From the NCBI GenBank assembly GCA_964016885.1, contig OZ024748.1, positions 36,208,001-36,272,000 of the forward strand: DNA of 64,000 nucleotides, given 5' to 3'. The first letter of the stretch is position 1. The number at the start of each line of letters is the position of its first letter. The DNA comes from Eledone cirrhosa (taxonomy: Eukaryota). The notes under the pieces are model-generated. The model searched no databases. It saw only the letters and a list, made by a program, of their open reading frames with translations, and was not told where the DNA came from. Positions 13,501-26,499 of the stretch are shown in pieces. The translations under genes and the position numbers were made by a program.

Positions 13501-16399
13501 TAAACACATTGACGTAGGTTGTCTTCTCTTGATAAAACACACTGACATTGGTTGTCTTCTCTTGATAAAACACACTGACATTGGTTGTCTTCTGTCTTGA
13601 TAAAACACTGACATTGGTTGTCTTCTGTCTTGATAAAACACACAGACATTGGTTGTCTTCTGTCTTGATAAAACACACTGACATTGGTTGTCTTCTGTCT
13701 TGATAAAACACACAGACATTGGTTGTCTTCTGTCTTGATAAAACACACTGACATTCGTTGTCTTCTGTCTTGATAAAACACACTGACATTTGTTGTCTTC
13801 TATCTTGATAAAACACACTGACATTGGTTGTCTTCTGTCTTGATAAAACACACTGATATTGGTTGTATTCTGTCTTGATAAAACACACTGACATTGGTTG
13901 TCTTCTGTCTTGATAAAACACACAGACATTGTTTGTCTTCTGTCTTGATAAAACACACTGACATTGGTTGTCTTCTGTCTTGATAAAACACACTGACATT
14001 GGTTGTCTTCTGTCTTGATAAAACACACTGACATTGGTTGTCTTCTGTCTTGATAAAACACACAGACATTGGTTGTCTTCTGTCTTAATAAAACACACAG
14101 ACATTGGTTGTCTTCTGTCTTGATAAAACACACTGACATTGGTTGTCTTATGTCTTGATAAAACACACTGACATTGGTTGTCTTCTCTTGATAAAACACA
14201 CTGACATTGGTTGTCTTCTGTCTTGATAAAACACACTGACATTGGTTGTCTTCTGTCTTGATAAAACACACTGACATTGGTTGTCTTCTGTCTTGATAAA
14301 ACACACTGACATTGGTTGTCTTCTGTCTTGATAAAACACACTGACATTGGTTGTCTTCTGTCTTGATAAAACACACTGACATTGGTTGTCTTGTCTTGAT
14401 AAAACACACTGACATTGGTTGTCTTCTGTCTTGATAAAACACTGACATTGGTTGTCTTCTGTCTTGATAAAACACACAGACATTGGTTGTCTTCTGTCTT
14501 GATAAAACACACTGACATTGGTTGTCTTCTGTCTTGATAAAACACACAGACATTGGTTGTCTTCTGTCTTGATAAAACACACTGACATTGGTTGTCTTCT
14601 GTCTTGATAAAACACACTGACATTGGTTGTCTTCTATCTTGATAAAACACACTGACATTGGTTGTCTTCTGTCTTGATAAAACACACTGACATTGGTTGT
14701 ATTCTGTCTTGATAAAACACACTGACATTGGTTGTCTTCTGTCTTGATAAAACACACAGACATTGGTTGTCTTCTGTCTTGATAAAACACACTGACATTG
14801 GTTGTCTTCTGTCTTGATAAAACACACTGACATTGGTTGTCTTCTGTCTTGATAAAACACACTGACATTGGTTGTCTTCTGTCTTGATAAAACACACAGA
14901 CATTGGTTGTCTTCTGTCTTGATAAAACACACAGACATTGGTTGTCTTCTGTCTTGATAAAGCACACTGACATTGGTTGTCTTATGTCTTGATAAAACAC
15001 ACTGACATTGGTTGTCTTCTCTTGATAAAACACACTGACATTGGTTGTCTTCTGTCTTGATAAAACACACTGACATTGGTTGTCTTCTGTATTGATAAAA
15101 CACTGTCTTGATAAAACACACTGACATTGGTTGTCTTCTGTCTTGATAAAACACACTGACATTGGCTGTCTTCTGTCGTGATAAAACACACTGACATTGG
15201 TTGTCTTCTGTCTTGATAAAACACACATACATTGGTTGTCTTCTGTCTTGATAAAACACACTGACATTGGTTGTCTTCTGTCTTGATAAAACACACTGAC
15301 ATTGGTTGTCTTCTGTCTTGATAAAACACACTGACATTGGTTGTCTTCTGTCTTGATAAAACACACAGACATTGGCTGTCTTCTGTCTTGATAAAACACA
15401 CAGACATTGGTTGTCTTCTGTCTTGATAAAACACACTGACATTGGTTGTCTTATGTCTTGATAAAACACACTAACATTGGTTGTCTTCTCCTGATAAAAC
15501 ACACATACATTGGTTGTCTTCTGTCTCGATAAAACACACAGACATTGGTTGTTTTCTGTCTTGATAAAACACACTGACATTGGTTGTCTTCTCTTGATAA
15601 AACACACTGACATTGGTTGTCTTCTGTCTTGATAAAACACACTGACATTGGTTGTCTTCTGTCTTGATAAAACACACAGACATTGGTTGTCTTCTGTCTT
15701 GATAAAACACACTGACATTGGTTGTCTTCTGTCTTGATAAAACACACTGACATTGGTTGTCTTCTCTTGATAAAACACACTGACATTGGTTGTCTTCTGT
15801 CTTGATAAAACACACTGACATTGGTTGTCTTTTCTTGATAAAACACACAGACATTGGTTGCCTTCTGTCTCGATAAAACACACTGACATTGGTTGTCTTC
15901 TCTTGATAAAACACACTGACATTGGTTGTCTTCTGTCTTGATAAAACACTGACATTGGTTGTCTTCTGTCTTGATAAAAAAAAAAAGACATTGGTTGTCT
16001 TCTGTCTTGATAAAACACACTGACATTGGTTGTCTTCTGTCTTGATAAAACACACTGACATTGGTTGTCTTCTGTCTTGATAAAACACACTGACATTGGT
16101 TGTCTTCTATCTTGATAAAACACACTGACATTGGTTGTCTTCTGTCTTGATAAAACACACTGACATTGGTTGTCTTCTGTCTTGATAAAACACACTGACA
16201 TTGGTTGTCTTCTGTCTTGATAAAACACACAGACATTGGTTGTCTTCTGTCTTGATAAAACACACTGACATTGGTTGTCTTCTGTCTTGATAAAACACAC
16301 AGACATTGGTTGTCTTCTGTCTTGATAAAACACACTGACATTGGTTGTCTTCTGTCTTGATAAAACACACTGACATTGGTTGTCTTCTGTCTTGATAAA

Positions 16400-19300
16400 A
16401 CACACTGACATTGGTTGTCTTCTCTTGATAAAACACATTGACATTGGTTGTCTTCTGTCTTGATAAAACACACTGACATTGGTTGTCTTCTCTTGATAAA
16501 ACACACTGACATTGGTTGTCTTCTGTCTTGATAAAACACACATACATTGGTTGTCTTCTGTCTTGATAAAACACACAGACATTGGTTGTCTTCTGTCTTG
16601 ATAAAACACACTGACATTGGTTGTCTTCTGTCTTGATAAAACAAACTGACATTGGTTGTCTTCTGTCTTGATAAAACACACAGACATTGGCTGTCTTCTG
16701 TCTTGATAAAACACACAGACATTGGTTGTCTTCTGTCTTGATAAAACACACTGACATTGGTTGTCTTATGTCTTGATAAAACACACTAACATTGGTTGTC
16801 TTCTCTTGATAAAACACACATACATTGGTTGTCTTCTGTCTCGATAAAACACACAGACATTGGTTGTCTTCTGTCTTGATAAAACACACTGACATTGGTT
16901 GTCTTCTCTTGATAAAACACACTGACATTGGTTGTCTTCTGTCTTGATAAAACACACTGACATTGGTTGTCTTCTCTTGATAAAACACACTGACATTGGT
17001 TGTCTTCTCTTGATAAAACACACTGACATTGGTTGTCTTCTCTTGATAAAACACACTGACATTGGTTGTCTTCTGTCTTGATAAGACACACTGACATTGG
17101 TTGTCTTCTCTTGATAAAACACACTGACATTGGTTGTCTTCTGTCTTGATAAGACACATTGACGTAGGTTGTCTTCTCTTGATAAAACACACTGACATTG
17201 GTTGTCTTCTGTCTTGATAAAACACACAGACATTGGTTGTCTTCTGTCTTGATAAAACACACTGACATTGGTTGACTTCTGTCTTGATAAGACACATTGA
17301 CGTAGGTTGTCTTCTCTTGATAAAACACACTGACATTGGTTGTCTTCTGTCTTGATAAAACACACAGACATTGGTTGTCTTCTGTCTTGATAAAACACAC
17401 TGACATTGGTTGTCTTCTGTCTTGATAAGACACATTGACGTAGGTTGTCTTCTCTTGATAAAACACACTGACATTGGTTGTCTTCTGTCTTGATAAAACA
17501 CACAGACATTGGTTGTCTTCTGTCTTGATAAAACACACTGACTTTGGTTGTCTTCTCTTGATGAAACACACTGACATTGGTTGTCTTCTCTTGATAAAAC
17601 ACACTGACATTGGTTGTCTTCTCTTGATTAAACACATTGACGTAGGTTGTCTTCTCTTGATAAAACACACTGACATTGGTTGTCTTCTCTTGATAAAACA
17701 CACTGACATTGGTTGTCTTCTGTCTTGATAAAACACACTGACATTGGTTGTCTTCTGTCTTGATAAAACACACAGACATTGGTTGTGTTCTGTCTTGATA
17801 AAACACACTGACATTGGTTGTCTTCTGTCTTGATAAAACACACTGACATTGGTTGTCTTATGTCTTGATAAAACACACTAACATTGGTTGTCTTCTCTTG
17901 ATAAAACACACATACATTGGTTGTCTTCTGTCTCGATAAAACACACAGACATTGGTTGTCTTCTGTCTTGATAAAACACACTGACATTGGTTGTCTTCTC
18001 TTGATAAAACACACTGACATTGGTTGTCTTCTGTCTTGATAAAACACACTGACATTGGTTGTCTTCTCTTGATAAAACACACTGACATTGGTTGTCTTCT
18101 CTTGATAAAACACACTGACATTGGTTGTCTTCTCTTGATAAAACACACTGACATTGGTTGTCTTCTGTCTTGATAAGACACACTGACATTGGTTGTCTTC
18201 TCTTGATAAAACACACTGACATTGGTTGTCTTCTGTCTTGATAAGACACATTGACGTAGGTTGTCTTCTCTTGATAAAACACACTGACATTGGTTGTCTT
18301 CTGTCTTGATAAAACACACAGACATTGGTTGTCTTCTGTCTTGATAAAACACACTGACATTGGTTGACTTCTGTCTTGATAAGACACATTGACGTAGGTT
18401 GTCTTCTCTTGATAAAACACACTGACATTGGTTGTCTTCTGTCTTGATAAAACACACAGACATTGGTTGTCTTCTGTCTTGATAAAACACACTGACATTG
18501 GTTGTCTTCTGTCTTGATAAGACACATTGACGTAGGTTGTCTTCTCTTGATAAAACACACTGACATTGGTTGTCTTCTGTCTTGATAAAACACACAGACA
18601 TTGGTTGTCTTCTGTCTTGATAAAACACACTGACTTTGGTTGTCTTCTCTTGATGAAACACACTGACATTGGTTGTCTTCTCTTGATAAAACACACTGAC
18701 ATTGGTTGTCTTCTCTTGATTAAACACATTGACGTAGGTTGTCTTCTCTTGATAAAACACACTGACATTGGTTGTCTTCTCTTGATAAAACACACTGACA
18801 TTGGTTGTCTTCTGTCTTGATAAAACACACTGACATTGGTTGTCTTCTGTCTTGATAAAACACACAGACATTGGTTGTGTTCTGTCTTGATAAAACACAC
18901 TGACATTGGTTGTCTTCTGTCTTGATAAAACACACTGACATTGGTTGTCTTCTCTTGATAAAACACACTGACATTGGTTGTCTTCTGTCTTGATAAAACA
19001 CACTGACATTGGTTGTCTTCTCTTGATAAAACACATTGACATTGGTTGTCTTCTGTCTTGATAAAACACACTGACATTGGTTGTCTTCTCTTGATAAAAC
19101 ACACTGACATTGGTTGTCTTCTGTCTTGATAAAACACACATACATTGGTTGTCTTCTGTCTTGATAAAACACACAGACATTGGTTGTCTTCTGTCTTGAT
19201 AAAACACACTGACATTGGTTGTCTTCTGTCTTGATAAAACAAACTGACATTGGTTGTCTTCTGTCTTGATAAAACACACAGACATTGGCTGTCTTCTGTC

Positions 19301-20520
19301 TTGATAAAACACACAGACATTGGTTGTCTTCTGTCTTGATAAAACACACTGACATTGGTTGTCTTATGTCTTGATAAAACACACTAACATTGGTTGTCTT
19401 CTCTTGATAAAACACACATACATTGGTTGTCTTCTGTCTCGATAAAACACACAGACATTGGTTGTCTTCTGTCTTGATAAAACACACTGACATTGGTTGT
19501 CTTCTCTTGATAAAACACACTGACATTGGTTGTCTTCTGTCTTGATAAAACACACTGACATTGGTTGTCTTCTCTTGATAAAACACACTGACATTGGTTG
19601 TCTTCTCTTGATAAAACACACTGACATTGGTTGTCTTCTCTTGATAAAACACACTGACATTGGTTGTCTTCTGTCTTGATAAGACACACTGACATTGGTT
19701 GTCTTCTCTTGATAAAACACACTGACATTGGTTGTCTTCTGTCTTGATAAGACACATTGACGTAGGTTGTCTTCTCTTGATAAAACACACTGACATTGGT
19801 TGTCTTCTGTCTTGATAAAACACACAGACATTGGTTGTCTTCTGTCTTGATAAAACACACTGACATTGGTTGACTTCTGTCTTGATAAGACACATTGACG
19901 TAGGTTGTCTTCTCTTGATAAAACACACTGACATTGGTTGTCTTCTGTCTTGATAAAACACACAGACATTGGTTGTCTTCTGTCTTGATAAAACACACTG
20001 ACATTGGTTGTCTTCTGTCTTGATAAGACACATTGACGTAGGTTGTCTTCTCTTGATAAAACACACTGACATTGGTTGTCTTCTGTCTTGATAAAACACA
20101 CAGACATTGGTTGTCTTCTGTCTTGATAAAACACACTGACTTTGGTTGTCTTCTCTTGATGAAACACACTGACATTGGTTGTCTTCTCTTGATAAAACAC
20201 ACTGACATTGGTTGTCTTCTCTTGATTAAACACATTGACGTAGGTTGTCTTCTCTTGATAAAACACACTGACATTGGTTGTCTTCTCTTGATAAAACACA
20301 CTGACATTGGTTGTCTTCTGTCTTGATAAAACACACTGACATTGGTTGTCTTCTGTCTTGATAAAACACACAGACATTGGTTGTGTTCTGTCTTGATAAA
20401 ACACACTGACATTGGTTGTCTTCTGTCTTGATAAAACACACTGACATTGGTTGTCTTCTCTTGATAAAACACACTGACATTGGTTGTCTTCTGTCTTGAT
20501 AAAACACACTGACATTGGTT
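16400..20520. repeat. Three nested copies of a ~1.1-kb block (offsets 1092 and 1506, sum 2598)
   Basis: ORF stops at 16766/17858/19364 and plus-strand ORFs at 17474/18566/20072. The rare marker ACAAACTG occurs at 16641 and 19239. Confidence 0.87.
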
Positions 20521-20984
20521 GTCTTCTCTTGATAAAACACACAGACATTGGTTGTCTTCTGTCTCGATAAAACACACTGACATTGGTTGTCTTCTGTCTC
20601 GATAAAACACACTGACATTGGTTGTCTTCTGTCTTGATAAAACACACTGGCATTGGTTGTCTTCTCTTGATGAAACACACTGACATTGGTTGTCTTCTCT
20701 TGATAAAACACACAGACATTGGTTGTCTTCTCTTGATTAAACACATTGACGTAGGTTGTCTTCTGTCTTGATAAAACACACAGACATTGGTTGTCTTCTC
20801 TTGATAAAACACACTGACATTGGTTGTCTTCTGTCTTGATAAAACACACTGACATTGGTTGTCTTCTCTTGATTAAACACATTGACGTAGGTTGTCTTCT
20901 CTTGATAAAACACACTGACATTGGTTGTCTTCTATTGATAAAACACACAGACATTGGTTGTCTTCTGTCTTGATAAAACACACT

Positions 20985-23622
20985 GACATTGGTTGTCTTC
21001 TGTCTTGATAAAACACACTGACATTGGTTGTCTTCTCTTGATAAAACACACTGACATTGGTTGTCTTCTGTCTTGATAAAACACACAGACATTGGTTGTC
21101 TTCTGTCTTGATAAAACACACTGACATTGGTTGTCTTCTGTCTTGATAAGACACATTGACGTAGGTTGTCTTCTCTTGATAAAACACACTGACATTGGTT
21201 GTCTTCTGTCTTGATAAAACACACAAACATTGGTTGTCTTCTGTCTTGATAAAACACACTGACATTGGTTGTCTTCTCTTGATGAAACACACTGACATTG
21301 TTTGTCTTCTATTGATAAAACACACTGACATTGGTTGTCTTCTCTTGATTAAACACATTGACGTAGGTTGTCTTCTCTTGATAAAACACACTGACATTGG
21401 TTGTCTTCTGTCTTGATAAAACACACTGACATTGGTTGTCTTCTGTCTTGATGAAACACACTGACATTGGTTGTCTTCTCTTGATAAAACACACTGACAT
21501 TGGTTGTCTTCTGTCTTGATAAAACACACTGACATTGGTTGTCTTCTCTTGATTAAACACATTGACGTAGGTTGTCTTCTCTTGATAAAACACACTGACA
21601 TTGGTTGTCTTCTCTTGATAAAACACACTGACATTGGTTGTCTTCTCTCTTGATAAAACACACTGACATTGGTTGTCTTCTGTCTTGATAAAACACACAG
21701 ACATTGGTTGTCTTCTGTCTTGATAAAACACACTGACATTGGTTGTCTTCTGTCTTGATAAAACACACTGACATTGGTTGTCTTCTCTTGATAAAACACA
21801 CTGACATTGGTTGTCTTCTGTCTTGATAAAACACACTGACATTGGTTGTCTTCTCTTGATAAAACACACAGACATTGGTTGTCTTCTGTCTCGATAAAAC
21901 ACACTGACATTGGTTGTCTTCTGTCTTGATAAGACACATTGACGTAGGTTGTCTTCTCTTGATAAAACACACTGACATTGGTTGTCTTCTGTCTTGATAA
22001 AACACACAGACATTGGTTGTCTTCTGTCTTGATAAAACACACTGACATTGGTTGACTTCTGTCTTGATAAGACACATTGACGTATGTTGTCTTCTCTTGA
22101 TAAAACACACTGACATTGGTTGTCTTCTGTCTTGATAAAACACACAGACATTGGTTGTCTTCTGTCTTGATAAAACACACTGACATTGGTTGTCTTCTGT
22201 CTTGATAAGACACATTGACGTAGGTTGTCTTCTCTTGATAAAACACACTGACATTGGTTGTCTTCTGTCTTGATAAAACACACAGACATTGGTTGTCTTC
22301 TGTCTTGATAAAACACACTGACATTGGTTGTCTTCTCTTGATAAAACACACTGACATTGGTTGTCTTCTGTCTTGATAAAACACACAGACATTGGTTGTC
22401 TTCTGTCTTGATAAAACACACTGACATTGGTTGTCTTCTGTCTTGATAAGACACATTGACGTAGGTTGTCTTCTCTTGATAAAACACACTGACATTGGTT
22501 GTCTTCTGTCTTGATAAAACACACAAACATTGGTTGTCTTCTGTCTTGATAAAACACACTGACATTGGTTGTCTTCTCTTGATGAAACACACTGACATTG
22601 TTTGTCTTCTATTGATAAAACACACTGACATTGGTTGTCTTCTCTTGATTAAACACATTGACGTAGGTTGTCTTCTCTTGATAAAACACACTGACATTGG
22701 TTGTCTTCTGTCTTGATAAAACACACTGACATTGGTTGTCTTCTGTCTTGATGAAACACACTGACATTGGTTGTCTTCTCTTGATAAAACACACTGACAT
22801 TGGTTGTCTTCTGTCTTGATAAAACACACTGACATTGGTTGTCTTCTCTTGATTAAACACATTGACGTAGGTTGTCTTCTCTTGATAAAACACACTGACA
22901 TTGGTTGTCTTCTCTTGATAAAACACACTGACATTGGTTGTCTTCTCTCTTGATAAAACACACTGACATTGGTTGTCTTCTGTCTTGATAAAACACACAG
23001 ACATTGGTTGTCTTCTGTCTTGATAAAACACACTGACATTGGTTGTCTTCTGTCTTGATAAAACACACTGACATTGGTTGTCTTCTCTTGATAAAACACA
23101 CTGACATTGGTTGTCTTCTGTCTTGATAAAACACACTGACATTGGTTGTCTTCTCTTGATAAAACACACAGACATTGGTTGTCTTCTGTCTCGATAAAAC
23201 ACACTGACATTGGTTGTCTTCTGTCTTGATAAGACACATTGACGTAGGTTGTCTTCTCTTGATAAAACACACTGACATTGGTTGTCTTCTGTCTTGATAA
23301 AACACACAGACATTGGTTGTCTTCTGTCTTGATAAAACACACTGACATTGGTTGACTTCTGTCTTGATAAGACACATTGACGTATGTTGTCTTCTCTTGA
23401 TAAAACACACTGACATTGGTTGTCTTCTGTCTTGATAAAACACACAGACATTGGTTGTCTTCTGTCTTGATAAAACACACTGACATTGGTTGTCTTCTGT
23501 CTTGATAAGACACATTGACGTAGGTTGTCTTCTCTTGATAAAACACACTGACATTGGTTGTCTTCTGTCTTGATAAAACACACAGACATTGGTTGTCTTC
23601 TGTCTTGATAAAACACACTGAC
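20985..23622. repeat. Tandem duplication, period 1300 bp
   Basis: Private marker CGTATGTTG at 22081 and 23381, and CTCTCTCTTG at ~21645/22945. ORF pairs 21195/22495 and 21553/22853. Confidence 0.9.
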
Positions 23623-26499
23623 TTTGGTTGTCTTCTCTTGATGAAACACACTGACATTGGTTGTCTTCTCTTGATAAAACACACTGACATTGGTTGTCTT
23701 CTCTTGATTAAACACATTGACGTAGGTTGTCTTCTCTTGATAAAACACACTGACATTGGTTGTCTTCTCTTGATAAAACACACTGACATTGGTTGTCTTC
23801 TGTCTTGATAAAACACACTGACATTGGTTGTCTTCTGTCTTGATAAAACACACAGACATTGGTTGTCTTCTGTCTTGATAAAACACACTGACATTGGTTG
23901 TCTTCTGTCTTGATAAAACACACTGACATTGGTTGTCTTCTCTTGATAAAACACACTGACATTGGTTGTCTTCTGTCTTGATAAAACACACTGACATTGG
24001 TTGTCTTCTCTTGATAAAACACACAGACATTGGTTGTCTTCTGTCTCGATAAAACACACTGACATTGGTTGTCTTCTGTCTCGATAAAACACACTGACAT
24101 TGGTTGTCTTTTGTCTTGATAAAACACACTGGCATTGGTTGTCTTCTCTTGATGAAACACACTGACATTGGTTGTCTTCTCTTGATAAAACACACAGACA
24201 TTGGTTGTCTTCTCTTAATTAAACACATTGACGTAGGTTGTCTTCTGTCTTGATAAAACACACAGACATTGGTTGTCTTCTCTTGATAAAACACACTGAC
24301 ATTGGTTGTCTTCTGTCTTGATAAAACACACTGACATTGGTTGTCTTCTCTTGATTAAACACATTGACGTAGGTTGTCTTCTCTTGATAAAACACACTGA
24401 CATTGGTTGTCTTCTATTGATAAAACACACAGACATTGGTTGTCTTCTGTCTTGATAAAACACACTGACATTGGTTGTCTTCTGTCTTGATAAAACACAC
24501 TGACATTGGTTGTCTTCTCTTGATAAAACACACTGACATTTGTTGTCTTCTGTCTTGATAAAACACACAGACATTGGTTGTCTTCTGTCTTGATAAAACA
24601 CACTGACATTGGTTGTCTTCTGTCTTGATAAGACACATTGACGTAGGTTGTCTTCTCTTGATAAAACACACTGACATTGGTTGTCTTCTGTCTTGATAAA
24701 ACACACAAACATTGGTTGTCTTCTATCTTGATAAAACACACTGACATTGGTTGTCTTCTCTTGATGAAACACACTGACATTGTTTGTCTTCTCTTGATAA
24801 AACACACTGACATTGGTTGTCTTCTCTTGATTAAACACATTGACGTAGGTTGTCTTCTCTTGATAAAACACACTGACATTGGTTGTCTTCTGTCTTGATA
24901 AAACACACTGACATTGGTTGTCTTCTGTCTTGATGAAACACACTGACATTGGTTGTCTTCTCTTGATAAAACACACTGACATTGGTTGTCTTCTGTCTTG
25001 ATAAAACACACTGACATTGGTTGTCTTCTCTTGATTAAACACATTGACGTAGGTTGTCTTCTCTTGATAAAACACACTGACATTGGTTGTCTTCTCTTGA
25101 TAAAACACACTGACATTGGTTGTCTTCTGTCTTGATAAAACACACTGACATTGGTTGTCTTCTGTCTTGATAAAACACACAGACATTGGTTGTCTTCTGT
25201 CTTGATAAAACACACTGACATTGGTTGTCTTCTGTCTTGATAAAACACACTGACATTGGTTGTCTTCTCTTGATAAAACACACTGACATTGGTTGTCTTC
25301 TGTCTTGATAAAACACACTGACATTGGTTGTCTTCTCTTGATAAAACACACAGACATTGGTTGTCTTCTGTCTCGATAAAACACACTGACATTGGTTGTC
25401 TTCTGTCTTGATAAAACACACTGACATTGGTTGTCTTCTCTTGATGAAACACACTGACATTGGTTGTCTTCTCTTGATAAAACACACAGACATTGGTTGT
25501 CTTCTCTTGATTAAACACATTGACGTAGGTTGTCTTCTGTCTTGATAAAACACACAGACATTGGTTGTCTTCTCTTGATAAAACACACTGACATTGGTTG
25601 TCTTCTGTCTTGATAAAACACACTGACATTGGTTGTCTTCTCTTGATTAAACACATTGACGTAGGTTGTCTTCTCTTGATAAAACACACTGACATTGGTT
25701 GTCTTCTCTTGATAAAACACACTGACATTGGTTGTCTTCTGTCTTGATAAAACACACTGACATTGGTTGTCTTCTGTCTTGATAAAACACACTGACATTG
25801 GTTGTCTTCTGTCTTGATAAAACACACTGACATTGGTTGTCTTCTGTCTTGATAAAACACACTGACATTGGTTGTCTTCTGTCTTGATAAAACACACTGA
25901 CATTGGTTGTCTTGTCTTGATAAAACACACTGACATTGGTTGTCTTCTGTCTTGATAAAACACTGACATTGGTTGTCTTCTGTCTTGATAAAACACACAG
26001 ACATTGGTTGTCTTCTGTCTTGATAAAACACACTGACATTGGTTGTCTTCTGTCTTGATAAAACACACTGACATTGGTTGTCTTCTGTCTTGATAAAACA
26101 CACTGACATTGGTTGTCTTCTATCTTGATAAAACACACTGACATTGGTTGTCTTCTGTCTTGATAAAACACACTGACATTGGTTGTATTCTGTCTTGATA
26201 AAACACACTGACATTGGTTGTCTTCTGTCTTGATAAAACACACAGACATTGGTTGTCTTCTGTCTTGATAAAACACACTGACATTGGTTGTCTTCTGTCT
26301 TGATAAAACACACTGACATTGGTTGTCTTCTGTCTTGATAAAACACACTGACATTGGTTGTCTTCTGTCTTGATAAAACACACAGACATTGGTTGTCTTC
26401 TGTCTTGATAAAACACACAGACATTGGTTGTCTTCTGTCTTGATAAAACACACTGACATTGGTTGTCTTATGTCTTGATAAAACACACTGACATTGGCT

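Noticed and set aside
15971-15990. Poly(A) tail of a retroelement insertion
   Set aside because: There is no inserted body or target-site duplication; the A-run replaces the AC tract within a monomer of almost normal length.
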